Origin: Octopus sinensis
Taxonomy: Eukaryota
NCBI RefSeq assembly: GCF_006345805.1
Contig: NC_042997.1
Location: forward strand, 107,942,001-108,006,000
Reading direction: 5' to 3'
Length of the DNA stretch: 64,000 nucleotides
In this document: piece by piece, positions 35,625-47,632 of the stretch
How the letters are laid out: each line of letters starts with the position of its first letter
Numbering within the stretch: position 1 is the stretch's first letter
The notes under the pieces: model-generated
What the model saw: only the letters and a program-made list of their open reading frames with translations
What the model was told of the DNA's origin: nothing
The model's database searches: none
Made by a program: the position numbers and the translations under genes

Positions 35625-36002
35625 ATGAAGGGTCAGCCCTGAGCTCCGTAGGTGTGCTTCTGGTCTACATTTGCTTGTTTGTTACGAGTCACATATTTGC
35701 CATGGAGAAGTTTTTGTTCCCACCTATCAGCCAATTGTTCAAACGCATTTTGCTTTGCTATTGATTTCACCTTCTTTACAATTACAGTTACTGCACTTCT
35801 ATCATGCTGTTCAACCTGGGCATTATGAATAAATTCACTAACAAATTTTTTGCTCTTCTTCATAATAAAATAGAGCTTTTTGCGTTTTTCATGGTTTTCA
35901 ACGAGCTTTAACATCCAGTTGTTAGATGTTTCAAGATATTTTGCCAGTCCAATTGTGGTAGTCTTGTAAGAGATTTCAAAATTGATCAAGCCTCGACCAC
36001 AA
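35625..36002 (-). mobile_element. Internal fragment of a family-E-like R4 element
   Basis: GRGLINFEISYKTTTIGLAKYL...WEQKLLHGKY. Confidence 0.75.
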
Positions 36003-36996
36003 TTCACAGGTAAAATATGCATTTAAAAGATTAATAAATAAATACATTCATGAATGAATATTGTTTTCACAACGATAATGTTCTTCTCAGTACATGAGCC
36101 GTTCCAGTTAACATGATTCTTTGCAATGATTCTAGGTAAGCCTAGAATCATTTTCAAATAGATTTCAGTACCTTTTTTTTTTTTTTATCATTCCTAGAGA
36201 ACCTACAATCACTGGTACTCTAGTCGCCTTGAGATGCCAGTTTTTTCAATTTCTATTAGCAAGTCTTTATATTTACTGATCTTGTCAAATTCTTTCGCCG
36301 CTATATTGTGACCGCAAGGAATACTCATGTCAATTAATAAACACATCCTTTTTGTCTGATCTTTTATAATAATATTCGGTTTATTAGCTTTTATAATTTT
36401 GTCGGTATGTACGGAGAAGTCCCATAGAATCGACACATTTTCTCCCTCAGTCACAGCTTCAGGATGGTGTTTATACCATTTGTCAGCGGTTTTGATTTTA
36501 TAATGCCGATATATTGTCCAATGTAAATACTGGCCGACTCTGTCATGTCTTGCTTTATATTCTACAGGTGCTAAGACTCTACATCCTGAGATTAGGTGGT
36601 CTATAGGTTCAATCTCATCGTTACGGAATTGGCATTTTGGGTCAGATCCATTTTTTATCACATTGGCTTGGTAGTTCCGGGTTAATAAACTTTGGTCTTG
36701 AGCAGCTAATATGAAACTTTCACTCTCCGCTTTTAGCCATGAGCTTCGTAACCATTGGTGCGTGTGTTTTTGGTCGACATCAGCTTGTTTGCTACGGACC
36801 ACATACTTGCCATGCAGACGTTTCTATTCCCATCTGCAAGCTAATTTTTCATGTGCTTTTGTCTTTGCAATCAATTTTATTTTCTTTGCAGCAGCAGTTG
36901 GCGCATTTCCTTCAACCTGATCAATCTGGTAGGTATCTAAAAGATCAGTAGCGAATTTTTTGCTCTTTCAGAATAGAGTGAAGTTTTTTTCGGTTT

Positions 36997-36997
<1 letters not shown>
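36003..36997 (-). mobile_element. Family-E-like R4 element, 3' portion
   Basis: HQWLRSS.LKAESE.FILAAQDQ, RHDRVGQYLHW, ILWDFSVHTD, KANKPNII, DMSIPCG, KY (36209-36802). Ends in 3' UTR joined to the fragment at 35625-36002. Confidence 0.85.
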
Positions 36998-37067
<70 letters not shown>

Positions 37068-37187
37068 TATTATTATTATTGTTGTTGTTGTTGTTGTTGT
37101 TGTTGTTTTTGTTGTTGCTGTTGTTGTTGTTGTTGTTTATCATCATCATCATCATCATTATCATTATTATTATTATTATTATCATTA

Positions 37188-37919
37188 TTTTCTGTTCGAC
37201 TTTTGCTTTACATTTGTACAAGTTGGCTCCAAATCTCACCCAGAGACCTCAAAAGACAAGTTGGAAGTTAGTTTGCAATCGACCCCTTTTGCTATCATTC
37301 CCTGGGCACCTATGACAACCCTAACCCACTTTTGCTCTTCTAAGGAGTCCAAGTCTGTAGATATTCTATCAACCCAAGGGGCCTTTTCACTGTGTGTTTT
37401 TTCTTCTGACCAAATTTTATCCCCAAATTCCTGTACTTCTTTTGATGGGACAGATTTTACAGTAACTGGTGTTTTCTCTATCTTCCTGTAAAAATATTTT
37501 GGGTTATTTTTGAAGATGTTGTTGTCCTTGAAGAATCTAACGCGCTTTTCATACCTATGTAGGCAGCTTTAGCACATACCTTTTGCTTGGTGGTTTCTAT
37601 GGTGGCATCAATGTCAAGTATGGTTTTCATATTATATTTTTTCTTTAATTTTCGGGTGTTTTAGATTTTGTAGTCTTGTCAAACTTAAGGTTTTTTAAAC
37701 ATTCTAATGTCAGACCTAAGTAGCTTAATTTTGGTGTTGGATACGCTCTTGCCAAGAAGGCTTTTTGTGGGAATGTTGGTGTTTTCTAATCTTTTCACCA
37801 CATAGAATCGTTGAGAATTTCGCGGATGCATAGTACAGGTGGTTGAGAACTGTAATATCAACATCATTAGCTGAAATTATATCCTTAAGTGCAAGGCGGA
37901 TTTTACCAATTATTTTCAG
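37188..37919 (-). mobile_element. Internally deleted family B derivative (N-terminal ORF segment fused to the 3' terminus)
   Basis: 37325-37919 aligns with 3327-3920; 37188-37320 matches the family B C-terminus and 3' UTR. Flanked by TTA-rich repeats on both sides. Confidence 0.8.
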
Positions 37920-38002
37920 GTTTTCAGGTTTATTATTATTATTATTATTGTTGTTGTTGTTGTTGTTGTTATTATTATTACTATTACTATTACTATTATT
38001 GC

Positions 38003-38042
<40 letters not shown>

Positions 38043-38057
38043 ATTATTATTATTATT

Positions 38058-38096
<39 letters not shown>

Positions 38097-38125
38097 ATTA
38101 TTATTATTACTATTACTATTATTGC

Positions 38126-38173
<48 letters not shown>

Positions 38174-38174
<1 letters not shown>

Positions 38175-39158
38175 TATGGTTTTCTTTCATTATAACTTTC
38201 TTTCAGCTGCCTTAGTACCAAGCATCTTCTAGAGGACAAGAGTAGCAAAGACATTTTTGTTTTGCTAAAATTATCACCACATTTATTCCACTTTAGATGG
38301 AGAGTGCTTTCCGTAGTATACGGGCTGTACCCATCAAGGTTATCTTTTGTAGCTCACGGAGATTGGAGTTACCAGGGAGTTGCTTAATATACTTCTCAGC
38401 TCCGTTCTTTATCATTCCCAACGCACCAATTACAACTGGTATTATCGTAGTACTAAGCTTCCACATTTTTGTGATTTCAATTTGCAGATCTTTATAGTGA
38501 GAAAGCTTTTCGTATTCTTTTCTTGAAACATTTTGATCTTGTGGGACTGACATATCTATTAACAGACAAGTTCCTCTCTTGTTGTCCTTGATCACAATGT
38601 CTGGTCGATTGGAATAAATTTTTCTGTCTGTTTGTATTGGGAAGATCCAAAGAATGGTGACGCCCTCGCCATTTGCTACACCCTCAAGACGGTACCACTT
38701 ATCATAAAATTTAATTTTGTCGTATTTACAAGCATTCCAGTGGATGTACTGCCCTAGTCTGTTATGTCTTATGAGGTGCTCCTTTTCAGTGAGGACTGGG
38801 CAACCAGAAACAACATGATCAATTGTCTCTGTGAATTTTCCACAAATTCTGCATGAGGGGTCAGATCCATCTTTAAGGTAATTTCTGGTAGGTAAGCTCT
38901 GACCGTTGCACTGCAATAACAAAACCTTTTGTTTCCCTTTCAGACCTGTCCTTTGTAGACATTCGTGTGTTAGATTTTGATCAACATCTAGCTTGGACTG
39001 GCGGTTAGGGTATTTTCCATGCTGATTTGAGGGATTGTTCGAGCTGTATCAAGCCTCTTCCACCTATTTTTCTTGGGAGATAAATTCTGTCTAGATCTGA
39101 TTTTGGATGGTGCATTCGGTACCTTGTAAGGATTATTCAGATGTTTCCATCCATATTC

Positions 39159-39160
<2 letters not shown>
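38174..39160 (-). mobile_element. 5'-truncated R4/Dong-like element flanked by (TTA)n on both sides
   Basis: ORF 38293-38922: CRICGKFTETIDHVVSGC, RHN, SNRPDIVIKD, DMSVPQD, VVIGALG. Confidence 0.9.
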
Positions 39161-39211
<51 letters not shown>

Positions 39212-39216
39212 CATTA

Positions 39217-39264
<48 letters not shown>

Positions 39265-39265
<1 letters not shown>

Positions 39266-39845
39266 GACGTCACATAGTATACAGTATTGTGAGGTTGTTG
39301 ATTGAAGATATTGTGTCTACCGTGGGTTTGTACTGTTTGTCAAGTCACAACAAGGACCTCAGATAGAGAGTACTTTACGCAATATGCGTGCAGTTCCAAG
39401 TAATGCCAACTTTTGCAATACATCTAGATTGTAGGGTATTTCTAAATTTTCAGATGTTTTTTAGATTGGGAGGTATTGAACCCAATGCTCCGATGACAAT
39501 AGGGACAACCTTTATGTTTGACTCTCGTAGCTGCCACATCTTGGCGATCTCCATATTTATCAATGTTTTCTATTTTTTTTCCATGATAATATGTTGATCT
39601 CCTGTCACTGCCACGTCGATTATTAGACACCCTTGTTTGTCCCTCCTAAAGGTTACTATTTCCGGCCTTCGGTGCGCTAACACCTTGTCTGTCTGGAAGT
39701 CAAAGTCCCAGAGGATTTATGCCTTCCCCTTTTCGTCCATTACCTTTTCCAGTGTTTGTTGGTACCAAGCACCTTTTACCTCGTTTCCATACTTACGGCA
39801 TAGTAGTCAGTGAAGGTTTTAGGCTACTTTGTCGTGTCTGCGCTA
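39265..39845 (-). mobile_element. Decayed R4-like 3' end abutting (TTA)n 39161-39264
   Basis: RHDKVA..., ILWDFDFQTD...RRPEIV...IIDVAVTGD...VPIVIGALG. Confidence 0.75.
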
Positions 39846-40070
39846 TTATTACCTCCGCCTTACCGAAGGCGGAGGTATTGTTTTCAGTCGTGTTTGCTTG
39901 GTTGTTTGTCCGTGGACAAGATATCTCAAGAACTGCTGGATAGATTCGGATGAAACTTTCAGAGATGTTTGGCCTCGTGATTGGCACAAGCTGATTAGAT
40001 TCTGGGACGAACTGATTACATTTTGGGATCGATCCGGTGCCGGACGAAGATTCTGGATAATTTGTTATAT
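39846..40070 (+). mobile_element. Helentron/HINE-like non-autonomous element end with a 12-bp hairpin
   Basis: TACCTCCGCCTT-ACCG-AAGGCGGAGGTA (39850-39877), followed by GTTTGTCCGTGG...GATATCTCAAGAACTGCTGGATAGATT...ATGAAACTT. The resemblance to widespread HINE/DINE-like repeats is from memory. Confidence 0.5.
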
Positions 40071-40439
40071 TTACTTTACTTTACATGGAGTATTACGATC
40101 TTACGTTCACTTTCAAGTCTTTCTCTGATTATCTCCCTTGAAAATCCGCTCATGGTTTCCACATAAGTTATGGCGGCTTTGCTGTTACCAAAGTTTTATT
40201 TTCGTTTCCCTATTATTAATTTTACTCGCGTCTTTATTTTAATAGAAACTGATGGATAGGGAAATCAAACTACATAAACAAACGGCAGCAAAACCGTTCA
40301 GAAATTAAATAACACTAACATATTCAGTAACAATGATAAATTTAATTTTTCCTCGAAAATTTTTAGTTATACCAATCTTGACTATATCGTTCCTGTTTAA
40401 AACCTCTTACCTACTTGACAATTGCATTTCTAGCTCATC

Positions 40440-40660
40440 CTTGAAGGAAGCTTTATTTCTTGGACTCTCGTTTTTGTGCGCAACGATGTTGTTAAACCTC
40501 CGTTAACAGCACCGTATACAGGTCCTTTCCGTTTTCTTTCACGCACGGATAAATTTTTCCCTATAGACCTTAATGGTCGTAAAGACACTATATCAGTGGA
40601 TAGACTAAAAAAGGCCTTCATAGAGAAAACTGTCCCTGTTCCCACTGCAGACGACAGCCT
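40440..40660 (+). mobile_element. Gypsy/Ty3 integrase C-terminal (GPY/F) fragment
   Basis: VFVRNDVVKPPLTAPYTGPFRFLSRTDKFFPIDLNGRKDTISVDRLKKAF. Confidence 0.75.
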
Positions 40661-40932
40661 TACAAACACGGCCTGCACCCTCACCTACACATTTCATAAC
40701 TACCATTGGGATCAATCAAGCACCGGACAAGGATTCCGGATGATTTTTCCGTTTTTTTTTTACTTTAATTTTTGAGAGCGGTCGAGTTCATTTTTAGCAT
40801 TCTTGTTTGTGAGAGTAGTTGAGTTTATTTCAGATATTCTCATTTTAAAAATAATCTCCGGCTAATCGTTGAGATGACGTTGATTTTTTCCTTGGCGGAG
40901 GTTTGTGCTCTCTGAGTGCTCTTGTTTATTGC

Positions 40933-40982
<50 letters not shown>

Positions 40983-41007
40983 TATTATTATTATTATTAT
41001 TATTATT

Positions 41008-42483
41008 CTATATTTGACTTTTGCTTTATGTCTGTACAAGTTGGCTCCAAGTCTCACCCAGAGACCTCAAGAGACAACAGGTTGGAAGTTCACGTTGTTG
41101 TTATGCCTAGTGTGCCATATATTTGGGCTTTTTTTTTTGGTGTTGTACTAGTGAATGTCTGATACATAAAGTAAAAAAAAAAAAAGTTTGTTTTAAACCT
41201 TGGGATTACATAGAGAGTATTTTGCCTAGGATATGAGCAGTTCCCATGAGCACTATCTTTTGAATTTCTGCCATTTTGGGGTTTCCTGGTATCTGAGTTA
41301 GGTAGCTATCAGCCCCTTTTGGTATCATTCCCAGGGCACCTATGACAACAGGTATTGTTTTAGTCTTCAGGTTCCACATTTTGCTGATTTCTATTTCAAG
41401 ATCTTTATATTTGCTCAGTTTTTGGTAAGTCTTGACAGATACGTTTATATCGATTGGGACAGTCATATCAATGAGGAGGCATGATTTTTGTCTGAAGTCT
41501 TTCAATATGATGTCTGGCATATTTGCATCTATCTTTCTGTCAGTTTGCATCTATCTTTCTGTCAGGTGTTACGCCTAGGGTGCCATATATTTGGTTTTGT
41601 ACATAGTGTTGTTCTAGAGAGTGTTTAAGAAACCATAAGAAAATTATGTTTGTTTTAAAACTTGAGATTACATAGAAAGTATTTTGCGTAGGATATGAGC
41701 AGTTCCCATGAGCACTATCTTTTGAATTTCTGCCATTTTGGTATTTCCTGGTATCTCAGCTAGGTAGCAATCAGCCCCTTTTGGTATCATTCCCAGGGCA
41801 CCTATGACAACATGTATTGTTTTAGTCTTCAGGCTCCACATTTTGCTAATTTCTATTTCCAGATCTTTATATTTGCTCAGTTTTTGGTAAGTCTTGACAG
41901 ATACGTTTATATCGATTGGGACAGTCATATCAATGAGGAGGCATGATTTTTGTCTGAAGTCTTTCAATATGATGTCTGGCCTATTCGTATCTTTCTGTCA
42001 GTTTGAATGGTGAAGTTCCGGAGGAGTGAGATGTGATCATTTTCAAGCACTGGAGGTGGTTTGTGTTCCCACCAGTTTTTATCATGGGGCAAGTCCAGGC
42101 TTTTGCAAATTACCCAGGGAATATATTGTGCAGCTCTATCATGCCTGTTGAGAAACTCTGTAGGCGCTAGAAGACTGCACTTGGAGACAACAGGATCAAT
42201 GGTTTCATTTTGTTGCTGACATACACGTCATGTTGGGCTACTGCCGTTCTTTAATATGTTGGCCTGGTAGTTTCTTGTTGGTAGGCATTGATCTTGAGCT
42301 GCTATGATAAACCCCTCTGTTTCAGATTTTAAGCCAGAGGCCATTAGCCATTGATGGGTCAGGGCTTTGTCAACATCTGCATTATTCGCTCTCTTTGGGT
42401 ATTTGCCATAGAGAGGTTTTTCTTGCCTTTTATCATTCAGAATATGTAAGGCCGCCGTTTTAGCACGGGTTTTCATGCACGGG

Positions 42484-42486
<3 letters not shown>
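41008..42486 (-). mobile_element. Two tandem family B 3' portions (41008-41565 and 41566-42486) between (TTA)n tracts
   Basis: Both encode PDIILKDFRQKSCLLIDMTVP...KY...VVIGALG. A 22-bp direct repeat lies at 41522-41565, at the junction. Confidence 0.9.
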
Positions 42487-42534
<48 letters not shown>

Positions 42535-43769
42535 CATTATTATTATTATTGTTATTATTATTATTATTATTATTATTCCAGCGATTAACTTGATGTGAAA
42601 GTCTTCAATTGATTTGTTCCAGTTTCTTTGTAGGTCAACGGTGCTATTACTTGTTGAAGTCAATAAGGTATTGATTGACTGACTGAAACGTCACTGGTTC
42701 GATTGTGTCCCAGGTGCTCCATTGTGTCCATACCTAAGATACTTAAATCTGAACATTTTCATTTGCTGAGATGGTAGGACTGTCAGTTGCAAGCAGTTGC
42801 AAGCATTGCAATAGTGACGAGCTTAGGTCCAAAACTTCCCGGTAAAGCAAATAAATACTGAATGATATTCATTGGAGACGCAAAGCGTTATTTTCGGTGG
42901 AAACAGTAAATTACATTAATTCAGCCCCGTGTCTGGGATTATTTTATCAACTCCCAGAAAAATGAAAGGTGAAGTCAACAGCAGCGTGATTTGAAGTCAG
43001 AACGAAAGGGCTTATAACTAAATACCATCAATAATATTAATGCCTAAAATTGTGAAAAAGCCACAGAATTTGGGGAAGAATGAAAAATAGCTGACGGTTG
43101 AAATGGGCCCCGGGGTTTTGGTTTGGTGCTCTTGAGAGGTTGAATTGTAAAGTCGTCCACACAGGGATTTGAACTCAGAGTGTTAAATAGTTGTAACTTT
43201 AGTATTTAAGCCAACGATTCTCTGGTTCAGTTGTGTTGGCACAGAGACAGAGATCTGGGCCCTTTTTTTTCTAATATGAAGCTGTTGACTACATCCATCC
43301 TTCCAAATTTGTGACTTTAAAGCAAATAATCTTTGCTGGGATAACGGCGAAATCAACTCAGTACTTCTCATTCTCACTGAGCAATATGGAGGCACGCCTG
43401 GATCAGGCAAAACACCTTGTGAAGGTGAATGGACGAACATAAGTCGCTATCCTAACCAAAGTGATTTTGTTGATGCCATAAACCTCTAGTGTAGCCTTCC
43501 GTACCATACAAGCGGCATCCTGGCTTTCTGCTGCATCACATGCACCATTGGGTTCCGGCTAAAGCCCGACGTCTAAAAGCAGCAACAGACGTCCAAGTAG
43601 AAAGAGCCTTGAAAGGCAGCTAGAGAGCGTGGACGGTCCTTTCATGAGCGAAGACCACGCGCTGAAGCACTCCATAGCTCCCAAGCACAACAGGGAGCTC
43701 CCCTCAACCCTATATAATTACAGAGAAAGGCATTTGGTGGTTGCTGACCTATGTTGCTTTGAAAGGCTT

Positions 43770-45075
43770 ATTCGCGATACTCTGGTAGGTGAGGCACAGA
43801 CATGTTCCATACCAAACAGATCCATCCACGACAACCTCAACCTCATTTGATATATCTTAGAGAGAGTAGGTGAGCTCTGATAAATTCAGATCTGTAGAAG
43901 GCTTTCCATATGATCTGCCATCAATACTTGACGGCTGAAATGAAGGCAGCTGGTTTTGGACTCGTGTTTGGAGGCAGGATCGCTACCATGTAGAGCGAAT
44001 GGCCAGCAGTCGGAACCGTTCAGTATTATGCGTTCGGTATGTACCCATTCAGTAAGTACTGACCCTAAGGTCACTACAGTAGCAGTTGGAGAACAAGGGT
44101 GCGGAAGATTCGTGTTTGCATATGCGGACGACATCACCGTTACAGTGTCGGACACGAACGCATCGAGGTGATCGATGAGGAACTACGAGGAACTGCGAGA
44201 ATAGGATCGGAGCGAAAATTAACTCAAAGCAGTCAATGAACCTGCAGTTGGGCAGTTGGAAAGGCAAGTCCATGCCATCTAAAAGCGTCGTAGGGTGACG
44301 AAGTGATTAAATTGCGCGGGATTTGGTTTGCTTCGCACTTCCAGGTGGGCAAAAACTTGGATAAGGTGACGAGCAGATTGGTTTGTTTCACTCAAAACTA
44401 GACTGAAATTGAACTACTTATGAAGGGCCGAGCGGAGGTGATGAACACCTACTCCGCATTCAGCTTCTATTACTGCCTTGTCGCGCTTCATGGTTGATCA
44501 GAATGGAAAGCTTGCTCTTTCGCTTTTTGTGGATAGGATGCATTCTGCTGGTCGGACGGTCCATTTGTTGCTCACATCCACTGCCTGGTCGATTGGGCAT
44601 GCCGTGGATGATGATCTACCGACACGTGTCGAGGCTACTGCATTTTCTACATTTCCTTGATGGTGATCAGGTGTTGTTGCTGCTTGTTGGAAGCATTTTT
44701 CCACAGCTCGTCTTTTTGTCAGTGATGCAGTTCTGGATCAAACGTAGACCGAGGCAGGGCACTTGCACCTTGAGAGCCGTTAGGCACTCAAAGCCCTATA
44801 TCAATCGGGCGATGTTTCACCAGGACGTTCTGTAGAAGGTTATTGGTGGCTAAGAGCGACGACGTTCTAGGAGAAACTTTGGATACTCTCTTTTTACTCT
44901 TTTACTTATTTCAGTCATTTTGACTGTGGCCATGCTGGAGCACCGCCTTTAGTCGAGCAAATCGACCCCAGGACTTATTCTATCGGTCTCTTTTGCCAAA
45001 CCGCTAAGTTACGGGGACGTAAACACACCAGCATCGGTTGTTAAGCGATGTTGGAGGGGGGGACAAATACAAGCA

Positions 45076-45115
<40 letters not shown>

Positions 45116-45660
45116 CACATATACGACGGGATTCTTTCTGTTTCCGTCTACCAAATCCACTCAAGGTTTTGGTTGGCCCGAGGCTAAAGTAGAAGACACT
45201 TGCCCAAGGTGCCACGCAGTGGGACTGAACCCGGAACCATGTGGTTGGTGAGCAAGCTACTTACCACACAGCCACTCCTACGCCTATGATAATCGTTGAT
45301 GATAATCAACTGGCTGGTCTTTTCTGGAGGATTTTCGGGCCGGGGCCCCATGAATAATTTTCAGAAAATCTCTAACCATGCAGTACTACCGGAATGTGGG
45401 AATGGAGCCGTATTGCCGGTTCGGGATAAGCTCAACAGGCATGATAGTGCTGCCAGCCAAGCCTGCACGAGATGCGCGTAATGCAATAAATCTGCTCTGC
45501 ACGCACACGTACATTGCTCGGGAATGATTGAGTTATGGAATTATGTCGAACAGTCGCCATTACGTGTAGGATGGATCTGGCTATCGGCCAATTCCATTGT
45601 AGCGATATTGATATCCTCACTGTTTGAGGGACACAATAAAAATGATCTCGTTTGAGATTA
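43770..45660 (+). mobile_element. Decayed Tx1/L1-like ORF2 fragment interrupted by a SINE
   Basis: LVGEAQTCSIPNRSIHDNLNLI, FAYADDITV and PVRDKLNRH...CTRC are paralogous to 49220-50640. Confidence 0.75.
44885..45285 (-). mobile_element. SINE S1, full length
   Basis: Complete head to TACTCTTT-type tail. Confidence 0.85.
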
Positions 45661-45702
45661 CAACCACCTTTGGCTAGTTTGACCCTGTTGTGTCCACTGA
45701 TC

Positions 45703-45834
45703 TGATTGGTTGGCATCTAGCACGGTCTGTCTCTCTACCTATTTCGCACCAGAGTGTGAAACCAACCAATCACGGCCTTCGGGTAAAGCCTGCTTCTTGA
45801 TGCCTTTCTTTGAGCCTACCACGGGCTATAAATA
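45703..45834 (+). promoter_or_regulatory. Pol II promoter-like module: two opposed CCAAT boxes and TATAAATA
   Basis: TGATTGGTTGG at 45703-45713 and CCAACCAATCA at 45762-45772 (11-bp inverted pair); TATAAATA at 45827-45834. Confidence 0.45.
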
Positions 45835-46107
45835 GGCTTGCATTTTCCCTATTCTTCGTCTTTCGACTTTAGCCCTCACACACGTCTACGGAGTGCTGCT
45901 TCTTGTTTAACCGTAAGGTTTGTTATTATTATTACTGTTGTTATCACGTTTGTTGGTTTCCCGTAAGGGAAGCATTGTTGTATTGCATTTGGTTAAATAT
46001 TGTAAACCGTAACCCTTCCCCTTTGGGGGAAGGAACTTTTTTGTGTAAAAATTGAACTGTGTCTCTGTTTGGGAAATTGCTGTTTTTACGGAAAAAATTG
46101 TGTTAAA

Positions 46108-47263
46108 ATGTCTTCAATGGAAGGAAATCAAAAAATGAATTTCGCTGCAGCCGTTGGCGGTCGCGAAAAAATAAGCATGAAAATAGAAGAAATCCAAACA
46201 TTCTTCGGAATGATAAGCGAAAGTAATGGCGTATCAAAAATAACACCACCCAACGAACTCAAAAACAAAATCAAAGAGAGAACCATAATATATAAAAGTT
46301 ATAACGCGGAAAGTAAAATATTTGAACACCTGAAAGAGAGCACTATAGAGAGATGTTTTGGTGCGACATTAAAAGAAATAAAATATCTAACAAGAGGTAA
46401 TAAATTCGCCACAATAGAAGCAAGGTTCGAGTCAACGGAACGTGCAAGGGAATATTCGACTCGAACCTTGCAAAGTGGCAAAATTTTGTTGTTGCCCCTA
46501 TATCTGGGGCGAAGGATGTCCCGAATTAAAATTTAAAATATCCCTCCTGAGATGGAGGTTGGGTGGATTTTGGCCACGCTGTTGTATAAGAGAGAAGATG
46601 AAATTAAAATAATTGAAATAACAAGAGACGGATCACAAAATTGACGGGGCCAGATCCTTGAGTTCCTGGCTCAAGCTACCACAAATGACCTTGAATAACT
46701 ATCTGAGGTAATTGTCATGGATGAAATGAAAATATACCCATCAATGTAGAGGGCAGGAAGCCAGGTTGTTTTAAATGTGGAAAAAAGGGCACATAAAAGA
46801 AAAGTGTCCAGAAAACAAAAAAGAAATGAACCAGCCCACCAATACCATCTTCAAGGAAGCCGACCCCCATGAGGGGAATTTTATAACTAAAACAGGCAAA
46901 AATCCTCTCGGAAAAGAGGTGTTACTCGTGGACAAGGAGGAGGCAAAACAAAAAACAACCTCAGCTAAAACCAAAGAGGGCTCACTCCCGGCCACGGAGG
47001 CCGTTACTAGGAGGGCACCTACCCAAGAGAAGGCACTCCCGGCCAAAGAGGCCATCAACGAGGGAGCGACCACCTCTCACCAGCCAACACACGAACATAT
47101 TACGGACAGTGAAGAAGAAACAAGTATGCAGGACACAAACGAAGGGTTTCATACAGTCTCTAGGAAAAGAACCAAGAATGCAGATTCTCCAACAAAGACA
47201 CAGGCCCCGAAAACAAAGGTACCAAAACCGGAAAAAAAAAGAAAAAAGGATAATCATTCATAG
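46108..47263 (+). pseudogene. Tx1-like ORF1 (gag-like, CX2CX4HX4C knuckle), with stops and frameshift
   Basis: MSSMEGNQKMNFAAAV...; CFKCGKKGHIKEKC reconstructed across a frameshift at about 46770-46810. May extend to about 47560. Confidence 0.75.
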
Positions 47264-47632
47264 ATATACCTATAGATATCAACCAGAACAAAGTCTCGGT
47301 GACAGTGGCATACAAAACTAAAAACATCTATCTAGATGGGGTCATTAGACCCCATCGAGATACATCGATATACATTAACAACTATAAAAACAGCCCCATG
47401 ACCATAGCAAAGATTCTTAAAACTTTATTTTTTGACTTAACAAACTACATCCTAACGATATCGGGGCACTAAAAGATTTTTAAAAAGTGTTTGACCCGCC
47501 GGATGAACCCGCCCTGGAAGAAAAGGACGAAAGCCGGGAAATGGTCTCAAATGTTTTGAGAACCATTCCCCTTGAAAGATAAAACAATACAAAGGAATGG
47601 TAAGTGTCTTTCCTTTTCCCGCATGACGTAGG

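Noticed and set aside
43330-43490. Reading ILTEQYGGTPGSGKTP with a Walker A-like GTPGSGKT
   Set aside because: Short frame ending in a stop; no downstream NTPase motifs and no convincing splice sites; probably chance.
47335-47356. 9-bp hairpin between Tx1 ORF1 and ORF2
   Set aside because: It probably lies in the frameshifted C-terminal part of ORF1; a stem this short is expected by chance.
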